Virus record (IMG/VR): IMGVR_UViG_3300047585_000208
Location: 1-64,000 of that record
Origin: a virus
Length of the DNA stretch: 64,000 nt
Strand: one strand, 5' to 3'
A program made the position numbers and the translations under genes. The notes under the pieces are model-generated. The model was not told where the DNA came from. It did not search any database and saw nothing but the letters and a program-made list of their open reading frames with translations. Shown here piece after piece: positions 36,771 to 46,847 of this stretch (its first letter is position 1; every line of letters starts with the position of its first letter).

Positions 36771-38726
36771 GTGCGCACAATGGCGGCAAGGCTGCCGATA
36801 CTTTTGGCCTTTCTTTTAGCTTTGGCAGCTTTGCCAGCCCTCGCTCAGCCTCCACAAACTCCTCCATTAGTTCGCGGTGACACCACCAGAGCTCGAAGAG
36901 CTGTTCGCGAGTGGAAACTCGATGATAAGCTCTTTTCTCCTAACGACGATTCGACTGCGGCCCTTTTTGATCTTGAGCAGCTTTATCAAATGAAGTTGGC
37001 CTCTAGAGGCCTTGTAACAGACGCCAAAGCTGCTGCAGCCGCTGAGCGCTACGTCTTAGACGAATTATCAACAATTCGTTATCTGTCTTTAGCTAACATC
37101 CCTTCTGCGATGCGTTCAGAGATGTGGGAGCTGGTTAGCTTCTGGGTTAACTCCCTCTCGCGAACTCCGGACATAATTCGCCCCGCGCTGGGAGGTCCAT
37201 CAAACACACTCATTCGCATTGATCTGTCTGACTACGACATCCGCGGAACTGATTGGGATACACTCGCTGTTCAGGAGCCTTATCACAACCAAGACATTAC
37301 TGTTATCAGCTCTAAAACTCCAGCTATCACGACTAAAGCTGCTCCAGGGACGATTGTCATCTTGACGCAGCCAGGCGCAGACATTTCAGTAGATGGTACT
37401 TTTATTGGTAAAGGTCCTGAGCTTAAACGGACAACCGCAGTCCTTGAAGTTGATTCTCAGTACTTCTACAATGTCACATCGACCTGGACAGAGGACGGCA
37501 AGCAGCGCAAAGCTACTCAAAGAGCTACGATGCAAGCCGGTAAGACAACTACAGTTGATCTGCGAAAAGAAGGCGAACAGAACGAGCTTGTAGTTGTTTC
37601 TAGTGGTAAGACTGTTCGGGCAATGGCTGCTTGGATTAACCCGGAAGTTAATAAACGGCTAGCTTTCCTTACCGGATCAGCGGCTCCAGTCACCAGAGCT
37701 GACTGGTGGCTTGCTAATGCTTCAGTTGCTCCTGCCTACTATGACTTGCTCAGGATTAAGACTCTCGACGACTTCAAAGCTTTAGTTGCTTTTGATAAGA
37801 AAGCTGAAGACTTAAAAGAAATTCGTGCCACTGTTGTTAAAAGCGGCTCTGGTGGAGTCTCAACACCGGTGGCCCGCAATAACCGCATCTTATCGCGATC
37901 CCCTACATTTCAGGGGAACTATTGGCAGACCTTTGATTTTCTGACCTCTATCAAAGCTGCAAACGTAATCAATAATTTCCTGAACATTAAAGCTGGAAAA
38001 GAAAACTCGTTTGAAGTTGGCGAGCTGTCTGGGCTTAAGAACGCTAAAGAGTGGTTGAAGCAAGCTCGCGCACATCTAGTTGGCTTTAAAGATGCCTCTG
38101 AGATTATTGGAAATTTGCCTAACGGACTTCAGGCTTATCTATTGACAGACGGCCAAGACAAGGTAATCAATGAAGCGGACATTAAGATTGCCTACGACCT
38201 TGGAGCTGCCGATTTGCGGGTAAGGTCAGCCAGAAGCTGTGTTACTTGCCACACCAACGGACACCAGAAGTTTTTGAGCCATTTTCAGTTAGAAGTATCG
38301 CCTAAGTCGGCAATCGATCTTGGGATTTACCTTAACGATGAAAAGAGAGTTAGAGCACTAGTCCAGTACATCCGGTCTTCATATGGAACCCCTGAATTTG
38401 AAGACTACATTCAAAACGATCAAACTCTGTACCGTAAAGCGGTAGCAGCTTCTAATGGGGCAGAAGCTCCAAAGAACGCAGCCAGCTTTAATTATTTTTA
38501 TAACTCTTACGCAGAGGTCGATTTAGACCTCACTCGGGTTTGCCTTGAAATCGGCCTTCAGCCAAACGAAGTAAAAGCGCTGCTTACGCTGCGGCCAAAC
38601 GGCGCTAATAACGGGGTTTTAATTCAGCAACTTCTTCAGCCGCCTATCGCTATTAGGCGCGATCAATTTGAAGAAGCATTTTCGGATTTGGCTATGTTGT
38701 CATTGCTATTAAAAAAACATCCGTAA
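36771..38726 (+). CDS. secreted Planctomycete-type protein with TIGR03000-like insert and CxxCH motif
   Basis: Signal peptide; GADISVDG...Y.Y.V..TW..DG......AG....VDL; EII.NLPNGLQAY; SCVTCH. Confidence 0.6.
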   Translation: MRTMAARLPILLAFLLALAALPALAQPPQTPPLVRGDTTRARRAVREWKLDDKLFSPNDDSTAALFDLEQLYQMKLASRGLVTDAKAAAAAERYVLDELSTIRYLSLANIPSAMRSEMWELVSFWVNSLSRTPDIIRPALGGPSNTLIRIDLSDYDIRGTDWDTLAVQEPYHNQDITVISSKTPAITTKAAPGTIVILTQPGADISVDGTFIGKGPELKRTTAVLEVDSQYFYNVTSTWTEDGKQRKATQRATMQAGKTTTVDLRKEGEQNELVVVSSGKTVRAMAAWINPEVNKRLAFLTGSAAPVTRADWWLANASVAPAYYDLLRIKTLDDFKALVAFDKKAEDLKEIRATVVKSGSGGVSTPVARNNRILSRSPTFQGNYWQTFDFLTSIKAANVINNFLNIKAGKENSFEVGELSGLKNAKEWLKQARAHLVGFKDASEIIGNLPNGLQAYLLTDGQDKVINEADIKIAYDLGAADLRVRSARSCVTCHTNGHQKFLSHFQLEVSPKSAIDLGIYLNDEKRVRALVQYIRSSYGTPEFEDYIQNDQTLYRKAVAASNGAEAPKNAASFNYFYNSYAEVDLDLTRVCLEIGLQPNEVKALLTLRPNGANNGVLIQQLLQPPIAIRRDQFEEAFSDLAMLSLLLKKHP

Positions 38727-38764
38727 CGCTATAATCAAGTTAGTACCAAATTAAAGGAACTCAA

Positions 38765-39454
38765 ATGCGCTCGCTCATTGCTTCTATTGTTCTTGTTTGC
38801 TCGACCTCGGTTGCTTCGGCACAATGCGGTATTCACAACTCGTATGTGCCTAGCTATACTCCGACTTATACTCCAACAGTCGTTCACGATACGACTACGA
38901 TCATTGTTGCTTCGCCTGCGGTCTTCACAGTTGCGGTTCCAGTAGTTTCATATTTGTACGGAAACGGCTATAGCCCGGCCTTCGCGGCTGTTCCTGCAGC
39001 TCCCGGTTTCCCGGGTATGATTGCCCCGCAAGCCCCCGCAGCTCAAGCCCCGCAATCGCTAGAGTTGTCTGATGCCGCGATTGACAAACTGATTGACCGG
39101 ATTGAAAAGCGCCTTCAACAGCGACAACCCGTTCAGCCTGTTCAGCCGATTCAACAGCCTATTGTTCAGCCAAGTCCTCCGCCAGTTAAAACATCGATGT
39201 CGGTCGATGAAATTAACACTCGTGCAGTTGTAGCTCTTCGAACCAGCTGTGCAGCTTGCCACGGCGGTCAAACTGTGAAAGGGGGTGTTAGAATCTTTAC
39301 TCCCGAAGGCCAATTGGCAGCGAACCTTAATCGCTCGCGAATCGTCAATGCGATTGAGTCCGGTGAAATGCCTAAATTGACTGACCCGCGGTTTTCCGTG
39401 CCGGATATTACTGACTACGATCTGGCAATACTCCGCGCTTGGGTTAAAACTTGA
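38765..39454 (+). CDS. secreted c-type cytochrome-domain protein (Planctomycete PSCyt1-like)
   Basis: Signal peptide; SCAACHG...KGG...I..GEMP.....L..LRAWV. Confidence 0.7.
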   Translation: MRSLIASIVLVCSTSVASAQCGIHNSYVPSYTPTYTPTVVHDTTTIIVASPAVFTVAVPVVSYLYGNGYSPAFAAVPAAPGFPGMIAPQAPAAQAPQSLELSDAAIDKLIDRIEKRLQQRQPVQPVQPIQQPIVQPSPPPVKTSMSVDEINTRAVVALRTSCAACHGGQTVKGGVRIFTPEGQLAANLNRSRIVNAIESGEMPKLTDPRFSVPDITDYDLAILRAWVKT

Positions 39455-39493
39455 TAGTATAACGGTAGACAAAATTCTCGCTAAAGGTGACTT

Positions 39494-40120
39494 ATGATTC
39501 GAACGATTGCTGCTTTTCTGGTTGGAAGTATCCTCGCTGTTATCCCGGCTGAGGCTCAAGCCATTGGTATTCATCGCACAATCGCCATTCGGCGCGCAGA
39601 GCGCCAATTGGCGATTGCTCAAGCGATTGCTGCGTCTCGTTCAGTTATTGTGGCGCCTACGGTTGTTAATCACGTCGTTCGCAATTCTGCAATCGTGGTT
39701 ACCCCGGCTGTGTCGGTTGTTCACTCGATTGCACCGAGTTACGTCGCGCCGGTGGCTTTCAGCGCGCCAGTTTCTTACGGGGTCGTGCCAAGCGCAGTTG
39801 CTTCCACGGCTTTCCAGGCTTCGCCACCGGTCGCGAGCTGTGCTGCGACGTCGTTCGCGGCCCCGGTTGTACCGAGCTGTCCACTGACGACCAGACTTGT
39901 TAGTTCTTACTCCCTGCCTGTTAGCGGCTCGGTCGGTTATAGTGGGCTGAGCGCTATTGGCTTCAATCATGCGGGTTCTGTAGTTAACTCACTGGTTAGT
40001 GGGTCTAGATTTGGTATTACAGGCGGCGGGTTCGGGTTTGGTTTTAGCCCGTTTGGCTTTAACACCTTTAACCCGTTCTTTGGATTTGGTTTCGGCCGAG
40101 GCTTTGGTTTCCGGCTGTAA
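39494..40120 (+). CDS. secreted low-complexity protein with GF-rich tail
   Basis: Signal peptide ending AEAQA; V/A/S-rich; GFGFG repeats. Confidence 0.6.
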   Translation: MIRTIAAFLVGSILAVIPAEAQAIGIHRTIAIRRAERQLAIAQAIAASRSVIVAPTVVNHVVRNSAIVVTPAVSVVHSIAPSYVAPVAFSAPVSYGVVPSAVASTAFQASPPVASCAATSFAAPVVPSCPLTTRLVSSYSLPVSGSVGYSGLSAIGFNHAGSVVNSLVSGSRFGITGGGFGFGFSPFGFNTFNPFFGFGFGRGFGFRL

Positions 40121-40238
40121 CCTGGATGGATGCTCCTCGGCTGGTCACTTCGCTCCTCGGTGACTAGCCTTCTTTCGCGGCTGATGCGGTTCCCTCCTTG
40201 CCGCATCAGTCGCTTTTATTTTTAGCTGAGGTTGTGCT

Positions 40239-41945
40239 GTGGCTCTCTGGGAATTCCCCACAACGTCGCTTGACTCCTTAGCCACTTTTCAGGCGTTCTC
40301 TTCGTCTTATTGGATTGCTGGTCTATTTGGTTCTATCGAGAACATTCTCGATATCAACAATCTTTTCAAAGTTGTTGAAACGCAATTACTAGAACAAAGC
40401 CAGGAGATGCAGGCTTCAGTTGGGCTACAAACCTGCCCAGTCTGGCATACCAGCTGCTGGTATCCAGTAACAATCTTTCAGTCACAAGGAACCCCGGGAA
40501 ATCCGCTCCTATACGGCGCAGGGGAGCTTTATGGGCCACAACCATCAAATCAACCCTCCAGCCCCGTCTCAAGCTTAACTGGGCAATCTATAGGCCTACT
40601 CAGCGCGATCACCTACAGCTCTAACCAGCCACAACCCATTCCTACGAACGGATTGACCTATCTTTACGGCCAAAACCTTGACTCAACAATCAAATATCCT
40701 CTTCCAGGCGAAGTCAGCGAAGCTCTCTATCTTGCGAGTGGTATAACCAATCCGAGCGTAACCTGGGCTTTAGGGGTGGATTTCGAAATAGCGTCTGGTG
40801 AGTCCTTAATCCTTACCCAGAACCCTTTCAGTAATGCATTACTCAACCCAACTGCTGTTACCAACACTTTGGGCGATATTATCGATTACTCATTAACTCT
40901 GTGGTTATTCCGTGCCAAACTTGACTGGGGCTATCTTTACCAGAACTTCGGTTCTGTCTTAGGGATTGGTCAAAGTTTGCCCAGTACTCCGAATTACAAA
41001 AGGTTATTGGAAGCTTACTGGTCTTCGGCTCAAGGAACCACATATGAAAACGTAGTGGAAGCTTTGAGCGCAATGTGCGACGTTCCTTTTGTGAAGTCAA
41101 CTGGTGAAACAGTTGAAATAATTTCTGAAGATAGCGAAAACCTTCTAATCATCACAGATCAACAAGTTTACAAGTTGGCCTTAACAGCTAATCCTTTAGT
41201 GCAAATTGGGCAAACACTAGTTGAAGGACAAGCTTTAGCAGACTCTGTTCAAATCTTTGAGCCTCGTAGAGGCATCCTTCCAAGCGTAATTGGACAAATC
41301 ACACTAGATGACGAGTTTCTGTTAACTGACCTTTCAAACATTCTCGTGTTCGCGAATGTAAACGAGTCGCTGAATGTTCAAACTAACGTCCAAGGTTATA
41401 CGAAGCTCAGCTGGAACCTTGGGGGCTTTCCATCCGACATTGCGACCTTCTTCTCAGATCTTCATGAAAACGGCGTAGAGGCTGGTAATACACTCGCTAA
41501 CTACCTCAGAACTAGCAATGAGCCTTATCCCTGGAGCCTAGAAGAAACTATTTGGTCTAATTGGCAAGTGCCTTGGGGCCAGACTCAGCCACTACCAACG
41601 CTTAACTGGAGTGACGAATCAACTGTTTGGTGGTTATGGAAGCAGCCGTGGGGGCAAGGTGGACCAACCAATCAGCCAACTGCATCTCAACTGCCTACCA
41701 ATATCAACCCAGCTCAGTTTTTAGTTGCTAACGTACTTCGGGATGATTGCTTACTTATTTCGGTTAAACCAGACGAGTTTGGACCAGCTGCACTAGGTCT
41801 TCAGTATTCCTGGGTATTTCGCGAGATGCTTCCACCCCAGACTACTGCGATAATTATTGGAGAAGTGGCTGGTTATGTCGATACGTGTAACGCCGTAGCT
41901 GGGGCCACCTCAAGCTACACAGTAATGGCTGTTCCGGGGCAATGA
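40239..41945 (+). CDS. putative baseplate wedge protein
   Basis: YLYQNFG..LG...S..YK...; context between the J-like gene and fibre genes. Confidence 0.5.
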   Translation: MALWEFPTTSLDSLATFQAFSSSYWIAGLFGSIENILDINNLFKVVETQLLEQSQEMQASVGLQTCPVWHTSCWYPVTIFQSQGTPGNPLLYGAGELYGPQPSNQPSSPVSSLTGQSIGLLSAITYSSNQPQPIPTNGLTYLYGQNLDSTIKYPLPGEVSEALYLASGITNPSVTWALGVDFEIASGESLILTQNPFSNALLNPTAVTNTLGDIIDYSLTLWLFRAKLDWGYLYQNFGSVLGIGQSLPSTPNYKRLLEAYWSSAQGTTYENVVEALSAMCDVPFVKSTGETVEIISEDSENLLIITDQQVYKLALTANPLVQIGQTLVEGQALADSVQIFEPRRGILPSVIGQITLDDEFLLTDLSNILVFANVNESLNVQTNVQGYTKLSWNLGGFPSDIATFFSDLHENGVEAGNTLANYLRTSNEPYPWSLEETIWSNWQVPWGQTQPLPTLNWSDESTVWWLWKQPWGQGGPTNQPTASQLPTNINPAQFLVANVLRDDCLLISVKPDEFGPAALGLQYSWVFREMLPPQTTAIIIGEVAGYVDTCNAVAGATSSYTVMAVPGQ

Positions 41946-41946
41946 C

Positions 41947-42525
41947 ATGGTTAAAGGTTATTACGAAATCAGCTCTGTGGAGGAAGCCACTGGAATCCGT
42001 AAGCCGCTTTTCTCGCGAGCTAACCAGCTTATGGTTAGCTGGGGGTGGATCGCAGCTCAAGCTATTGGACTAGGAAATCCGGCTTATAAGGTAGCTGGTG
42101 GGTATCTTGAGTTCCAAAATGTCGCAGATACCGGCAATACTGTTCCTGTTCCGAATTTCTTGCCGACAGACGGGCTTTCCTATTTCAACAACCTGCCCGC
42201 TGGAAATGACTACCTTCGGTTACCATTAGCGACTACGCCGACAATCAGTATCGCGCCAGGTTATAACTCATCCTTTATTTCTGGTTTTTCTGGTAACCAG
42301 GTGACCTTTACTCTGCAATCAGGTGGAACAGTCGGGGTCAACGGGCTACCATTTAATTACCAGTCGCTGTCAACTATTTTTGGTATTACGCTGGTTGCAA
42401 TGCCTGTCGCTAATTCACCATCGCAAGATGTGATTTTAAGTCGTGGTTATTTTCTGCCAAGCGACCAGCAGCTAAAAGCTTACGGCTATCAAACAGCTGT
42501 TTCCTGGGCGATCACGTTTGAGTAA
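41947..42525 (+). CDS. putative baseplate or fibre-attachment protein
   Basis: N.L...G start and V.W.ITF end typical of tail collar-like proteins. Confidence 0.45.
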   Translation: MVKGYYEISSVEEATGIRKPLFSRANQLMVSWGWIAAQAIGLGNPAYKVAGGYLEFQNVADTGNTVPVPNFLPTDGLSYFNNLPAGNDYLRLPLATTPTISIAPGYNSSFISGFSGNQVTFTLQSGGTVGVNGLPFNYQSLSTIFGITLVAMPVANSPSQDVILSRGYFLPSDQQLKAYGYQTAVSWAITFE

Positions 42526-42546
42526 TGCGTTACTCAAGAGGAACCA

Positions 42547-43392
42547 ATGAGCTCTTTTACGCAGACTATCCCGACAATTCAAGATGGCACAGCGGTTAGC
42601 GCGGCTAACACCAATCCGCCACTGCTAGCACTCCAGAACAATTGTCTGTACCTATATCAGGTTTTGCAGGCTCTTGGCGCGAGTCAAGCCCTTTATATTC
42701 AAAACGCTTCAGTTAATCCAACCGCGATGGTTGGTCAGGTTCTTTACTACAACACAAGCGCTGGATATTTTGATCTTGCGTTAGCCGCTGGTGGGTTACC
42801 TCAAAATGTTGTTGGGCTTTTGCTTAATAAGAGCTCTGCCGGTGTTGGAACGATTATCACTAGCGGGTTTGCAGCTCTCTCACTCGCGAATGCGCTACCT
42901 AGCGGGACAAGCCTTCCAGCTATAGCCGGACAATACTTTTTATCTCCCTATACGGCTGGTTCTCTTAGCACAGCCCCCAGCGCTGTTTTAGTTTGTATTT
43001 CTGACGGAACTGGCAATCTCTTTGTTCTGCCTCAGAACTATAACCTTGAACCAGCTCAGCCTTACGCGCTAACAGGTGGCGGAACGACTACAAACGCAGC
43101 CGCGACCGCTGTGACAGTTAATGGGCCAAACGGTATTCTTGGAACAGTCTGTATTCAAAACACTGGCTCCACTAACGGGCTTACTTGGACAGTCACCGTA
43201 AATGATCAATTTGGCCACACCGGCTCGACCGGTACTGGAAACGTTGCTGCGAGCTCTAGCCAAATCCTTACAATGGGCTCCACTGCTTACGGCGCCGCCT
43301 TGCCGCCATACACAAGCTTTAGCCTCGCGGTCCAAGCTGAGAACGCGGGCAACCAGACTACTTATAGCCTCAAGGGAGCGGTGATGTACTAA
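42547..43392 (+). CDS. putative tail fibre-related protein
   Basis: I.DG..V.A.NTN.PL..L..N..YL fibre N-terminal motif. Confidence 0.5.
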   Translation: MSSFTQTIPTIQDGTAVSAANTNPPLLALQNNCLYLYQVLQALGASQALYIQNASVNPTAMVGQVLYYNTSAGYFDLALAAGGLPQNVVGLLLNKSSAGVGTIITSGFAALSLANALPSGTSLPAIAGQYFLSPYTAGSLSTAPSAVLVCISDGTGNLFVLPQNYNLEPAQPYALTGGGTTTNAAATAVTVNGPNGILGTVCIQNTGSTNGLTWTVTVNDQFGHTGSTGTGNVAASSSQILTMGSTAYGAALPPYTSFSLAVQAENAGNQTTYSLKGAVMY

Positions 43393-45179
43393 TGCCGCAG
43401 TACGATACCGGAAATTGCCCAGGTAAGCCTTCACCAGGAGATCATTTTTTAATTGGTCCTTCCGGACTACCGGTCTGTCCAAATAGCTTTACGCCGATAA
43501 CAACCGCTTCCTCGGTGTTGATCGTCTCAATCGCGTATTTTCATGTTACTTCGCCTATTTCAGCCGGTATGCAGATTTTGACGCCTAGCAGTATGCAAGG
43601 CATTATCAACGGTGCTAGTTATTATTGCGATACAGGAGAAAATCAAGAGCTGGTCACGCTTATCGCAGTAGGTTCAACAACCCTTACGGCGGTCTTTGCG
43701 TATGACCACGAAGCTAATACACAGTTTGCTGGTGGACCAACTACAGTTAGCTCAGTAAGCTATTACTGGCCAGGGCAAGTAAGCTCTTTTAGTGGTTCAG
43801 ACGATATCTCGTACATCGGTAACATTTGGATTCTTGACCCGAACGCTGTCCCGCCAGCTCCAGTCATTTATTACACTGGAGCGCTATGTGTCGGCACAAC
43901 CGGCGGTTTGCCGGTCTACTGGCTCACTAGCATAATCGAATATTTTCCAGTTCAGATCACAGACGCGTATCGCAGCGATCTGCCCGGTATTACATGGGGA
44001 ACTTACGACGAGACCTATGAGTCAATTGATACTCCTTGGGGCGGGCTAATCTTCTATAGCTGGCTAGAGCAGATCAGAAACTTTTCAACAGTTAATTATT
44101 TCCCGCTGCCTGCAGGCAGAACTGGAAGTGCCGCTTTAAATCCTGCGCTTGAGATAAACAATCTTGACCTGATTGACGCTATCCCTTTCATAGCTGAAGC
44201 CAAATATTCAGCCTTAATCCCCGGGCTTGGGTTTGTATACGAGTTTACTGACCCAGTTGAAGACGGTGTTGGGGTTGCATACGATGGAGAGTTCATCGGC
44301 ATTGAGCCAATCATCAACTTCATTGCTGGTCAAAATATCGAGCTCGCGATCGAAGATGTGCCAGAAGATGAGCAGATTGATGTTGAAATTACTGCCCTTA
44401 CAACAGTTGAATCCGCCGGCACCCCTGTAGGAACTGAAAAGAATATCAACTTTATTGCTGGGCCGAATATTGGATTAACCATCGCAGATGACCCTAGTTA
44501 TTACCGTGTTGATATCGGTATTACTGGTTTTGTTAGTGTCGAGAATAGCGGTTCTTATGTTGGCACTGAAGAGTACATTAACTTCATCGCTGATCAAAAT
44601 ATTTCTTTAAACATTACCAATAATCCGACCAATAACCGGGTCGATGTAGCGATTACTGGGCTTGTTTCAGTTGAGGACGACGGAGATGACGTAGGTACTG
44701 AGAAAAACATCAACTTCATTGCTGATCAGAATATTGAATTAGACATTACGGATGACCCGGACAATGCTCGCGTCGATGTGGCGATTACTGGGCTTGTAAC
44801 GGTTGAAGACAGCGGTGAAGAGGTTGGAACAGAAAAAAACCTTAACTTCATTGCCGAGCAAAACATTGATTTGACAATTACAGACAACCCCGACGATAAT
44901 CGCGTTGATATTAAAATTGAAGCGCTTACAAGTGTTGAGAACAACGGTTCACTTGTAGGAACCGAACCAAACATCAATATAATCAATACCTGTTTGTCAG
45001 CTATAGTTGTCAGTGTCGTTAATAATACGGAAGACAATCGAATCGATATTACGATTAAAGATGCGGCTATGGAACAAGTAACTATTGTTGAATCGTTTAA
45101 TCCATCAACTTGTGAAGTTACAGATTTTACGTTGTGCGTTCCATCTGCCTGGATAAACGCTTCTTGTACAGATTGTTAA
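43392..45179 (+). CDS. acidic fibre-like protein with six ~44-aa repeats
   Basis: V.VE..G..VGTE.NINFIA.QNI.L.IT..P...RVD..IT.L repeats. Confidence 0.65.
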   Translation: MPQYDTGNCPGKPSPGDHFLIGPSGLPVCPNSFTPITTASSVLIVSIAYFHVTSPISAGMQILTPSSMQGIINGASYYCDTGENQELVTLIAVGSTTLTAVFAYDHEANTQFAGGPTTVSSVSYYWPGQVSSFSGSDDISYIGNIWILDPNAVPPAPVIYYTGALCVGTTGGLPVYWLTSIIEYFPVQITDAYRSDLPGITWGTYDETYESIDTPWGGLIFYSWLEQIRNFSTVNYFPLPAGRTGSAALNPALEINNLDLIDAIPFIAEAKYSALIPGLGFVYEFTDPVEDGVGVAYDGEFIGIEPIINFIAGQNIELAIEDVPEDEQIDVEITALTTVESAGTPVGTEKNINFIAGPNIGLTIADDPSYYRVDIGITGFVSVENSGSYVGTEEYINFIADQNISLNITNNPTNNRVDVAITGLVSVEDDGDDVGTEKNINFIADQNIELDITDDPDNARVDVAITGLVTVEDSGEEVGTEKNLNFIAEQNIDLTITDNPDDNRVDIKIEALTSVENNGSLVGTEPNINIINTCLSAIVVSVVNNTEDNRIDITIKDAAMEQVTIVESFNPSTCEVTDFTLCVPSAWINASCTDC

Positions 45180-45641
45180 ATGAGCACATACCATGTCAAT
45201 TGTTCCTGCTGCGGCGGCATACCTGGAGCACCATGCTGTCCAGACGTATTGATTCCGAGTACGCTTTACATGACATGGACCAGCCAGATTGGCACCAGTT
45301 ACGATTTCCCAACAAGCATTCCGCTTACCTATGGAAACAATACGGCTCCTTGGATGGCGTACAACGGCTACGGGTGGATTTCTACTTGCTACTACGATTC
45401 GACGAGCGGGTGCTACACTTTCATATTCCTTTTTTGCGATCCGTCCTCGAATACGTGGATTCTGGAGGTAGGTGTTGATTCCACAACCATGACCCAGTCC
45501 AGTTGCTCGCCCTTGGTTCTTACGCTCTCTTCAATTGGTGGTGCTGTTGGAGTTACTGATTCATCGTGCCAGGGATCTGTTGGGCCGGCAAACTGCAATT
45601 TGGACTCAAGCGGCATGACCGGGATAGCGATAGGCCCATGA
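45180..45641 (+). CDS. Cys-rich hypothetical protein
   Basis: Coupled ORF; CSCC and CC motifs. Confidence 0.6.
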   Translation: MSTYHVNCSCCGGIPGAPCCPDVLIPSTLYMTWTSQIGTSYDFPTSIPLTYGNNTAPWMAYNGYGWISTCYYDSTSGCYTFIFLFCDPSSNTWILEVGVDSTTMTQSSCSPLVLTLSSIGGAVGVTDSSCQGSVGPANCNLDSSGMTGIAIGP

Positions 45642-46048
45642 CGCTAATTTGTGGTCACCAAACGAATGCTCTACGATGTGTTCCAGGTTCCGAGTTTACA
45701 TTAGACCAATGCCGCCATTGCTGGATGTACGCGGAGAAAAACTCGACTTCTAACATAAAGCAAGCCACCGATTTCGTCCAAGTGCAAATCCCAGGATTTG
45801 TCCAGAAAATGATAAATGCCACCGGCGCTGTCGTTCAGCACATTTCGGGTGGAATGCGGCATACATCCGAAGAGCAAAGGCAAGCAAGGTTGCTTGTTTG
45901 CCACGATTGCCCAATGTTCAGCAGCAAAACTTGCGCCTTGTGCGGGTGCAAGTTATGGATAAAGGCTGGCTGGGCAGATCAGCATTGCCCGCACCCAGAT
46001 AACGATAAATGGGTGGAAATAGATAAAAAGTTCAACGAGGGTAAATAA
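45638..46048 (+). CDS. Cys-rich small protein (R..VC..CP...C..CGC....K......CP...W)
   Basis: ATGA overlap with the previous gene; motif common next to phage fibre genes. Confidence 0.65.
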   Translation: MTLICGHQTNALRCVPGSEFTLDQCRHCWMYAEKNSTSNIKQATDFVQVQIPGFVQKMINATGAVVQHISGGMRHTSEEQRQARLLVCHDCPMFSSKTCALCGCKLWIKAGWADQHCPHPDNDKWVEIDKKFNEGK

Positions 46049-46050
46049 GC

Positions 46051-46482
46051 ATGGCTATCCACACAATTCAAGTAACGCGTTACGTGGCGCAGCCAAACCC
46101 ACCGCTTAGCGGTTCGCAAAATGGAGAGAGTTTTGGGTACAGTGTTCAGATAATTGCATCGGGTGCTGTTGGAATGCCTAACGAGGTCTTTGTAGAACAT
46201 CAAAGGCCACTTAATCCGCTTTGCCCAACTGCCCCACTTGTGTCTGACTTCTGGGGAGTAGCCACTACTAGCGAGTTAGTGGATCTTCCAATTAATGCCC
46301 CACTTCCTGGGCAGTTCCTTTACAGGGTCGCGAATGTGTCCATTGTTTACCCAAGCCAGGTTCAGGCAGACGCTTCTTGGCAAGGAATAGAAACCCAGGT
46401 TCAGTCGCTAATCAACGCGCTTTACGCTAGCGACGACCTTAACGTAATCGACACTTTTGTACCAATTGCGCCAATAAACTAA
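46051..46482 (+). CDS. hypothetical protein
   Basis: Coupled ORF. Confidence 0.6.
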   Translation: MAIHTIQVTRYVAQPNPPLSGSQNGESFGYSVQIIASGAVGMPNEVFVEHQRPLNPLCPTAPLVSDFWGVATTSELVDLPINAPLPGQFLYRVANVSIVYPSQVQADASWQGIETQVQSLINALYASDDLNVIDTFVPIAPIN

Positions 46483-46745
46483 TGACAGCCATCTCTGACC
46501 AACTGATTCAGTCTCTCAGGCAGCGCCCGGACATTCTTCTAGCGTTTCCTATTCTTGCCTCCACAACTCAAACTAAACGTGCTTGCTGTGGTAAACCCGC
46601 AGTTGCGCCAAACTTTAACGCGATCAAGCTCTCAATCGCGAGCATGCCTGCAAGTCAACAGCAGAAGTTCAAATCTCTAATCGGCGCCACTTCTTGCCGA
46701 GTAATTTGCCGCCAAGGCGACGACGTCCTCGATAGGACATTCTAG
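46482..46745 (+). CDS. hypothetical protein
   Basis: Coupled ORF; ACCG motif. Confidence 0.6.
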   Translation: MTAISDQLIQSLRQRPDILLAFPILASTTQTKRACCGKPAVAPNFNAIKLSIASMPASQQQKFKSLIGATSCRVICRQGDDVLDRTF

Positions 46746-46747
46746 CT

Positions 46748-46783
46748 CTAAAATTTTGGCTTATTTGAGGCATTATAAAAAGC
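46748..46783 (+). promoter_or_regulatory. putative sigma28-like promoter CTAAA-N16-GGCATTAT
   Basis: Fourth copy of the motif, upstream of the DUF1559 gene. Confidence 0.5.
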
Positions 46784-46847
46784 AGAGCTGTAGCTCAGCA
46801 GGCTTGCCAGCGCCATTTTGTCTGGCACTACTTAAAGGAGCAAAGTT

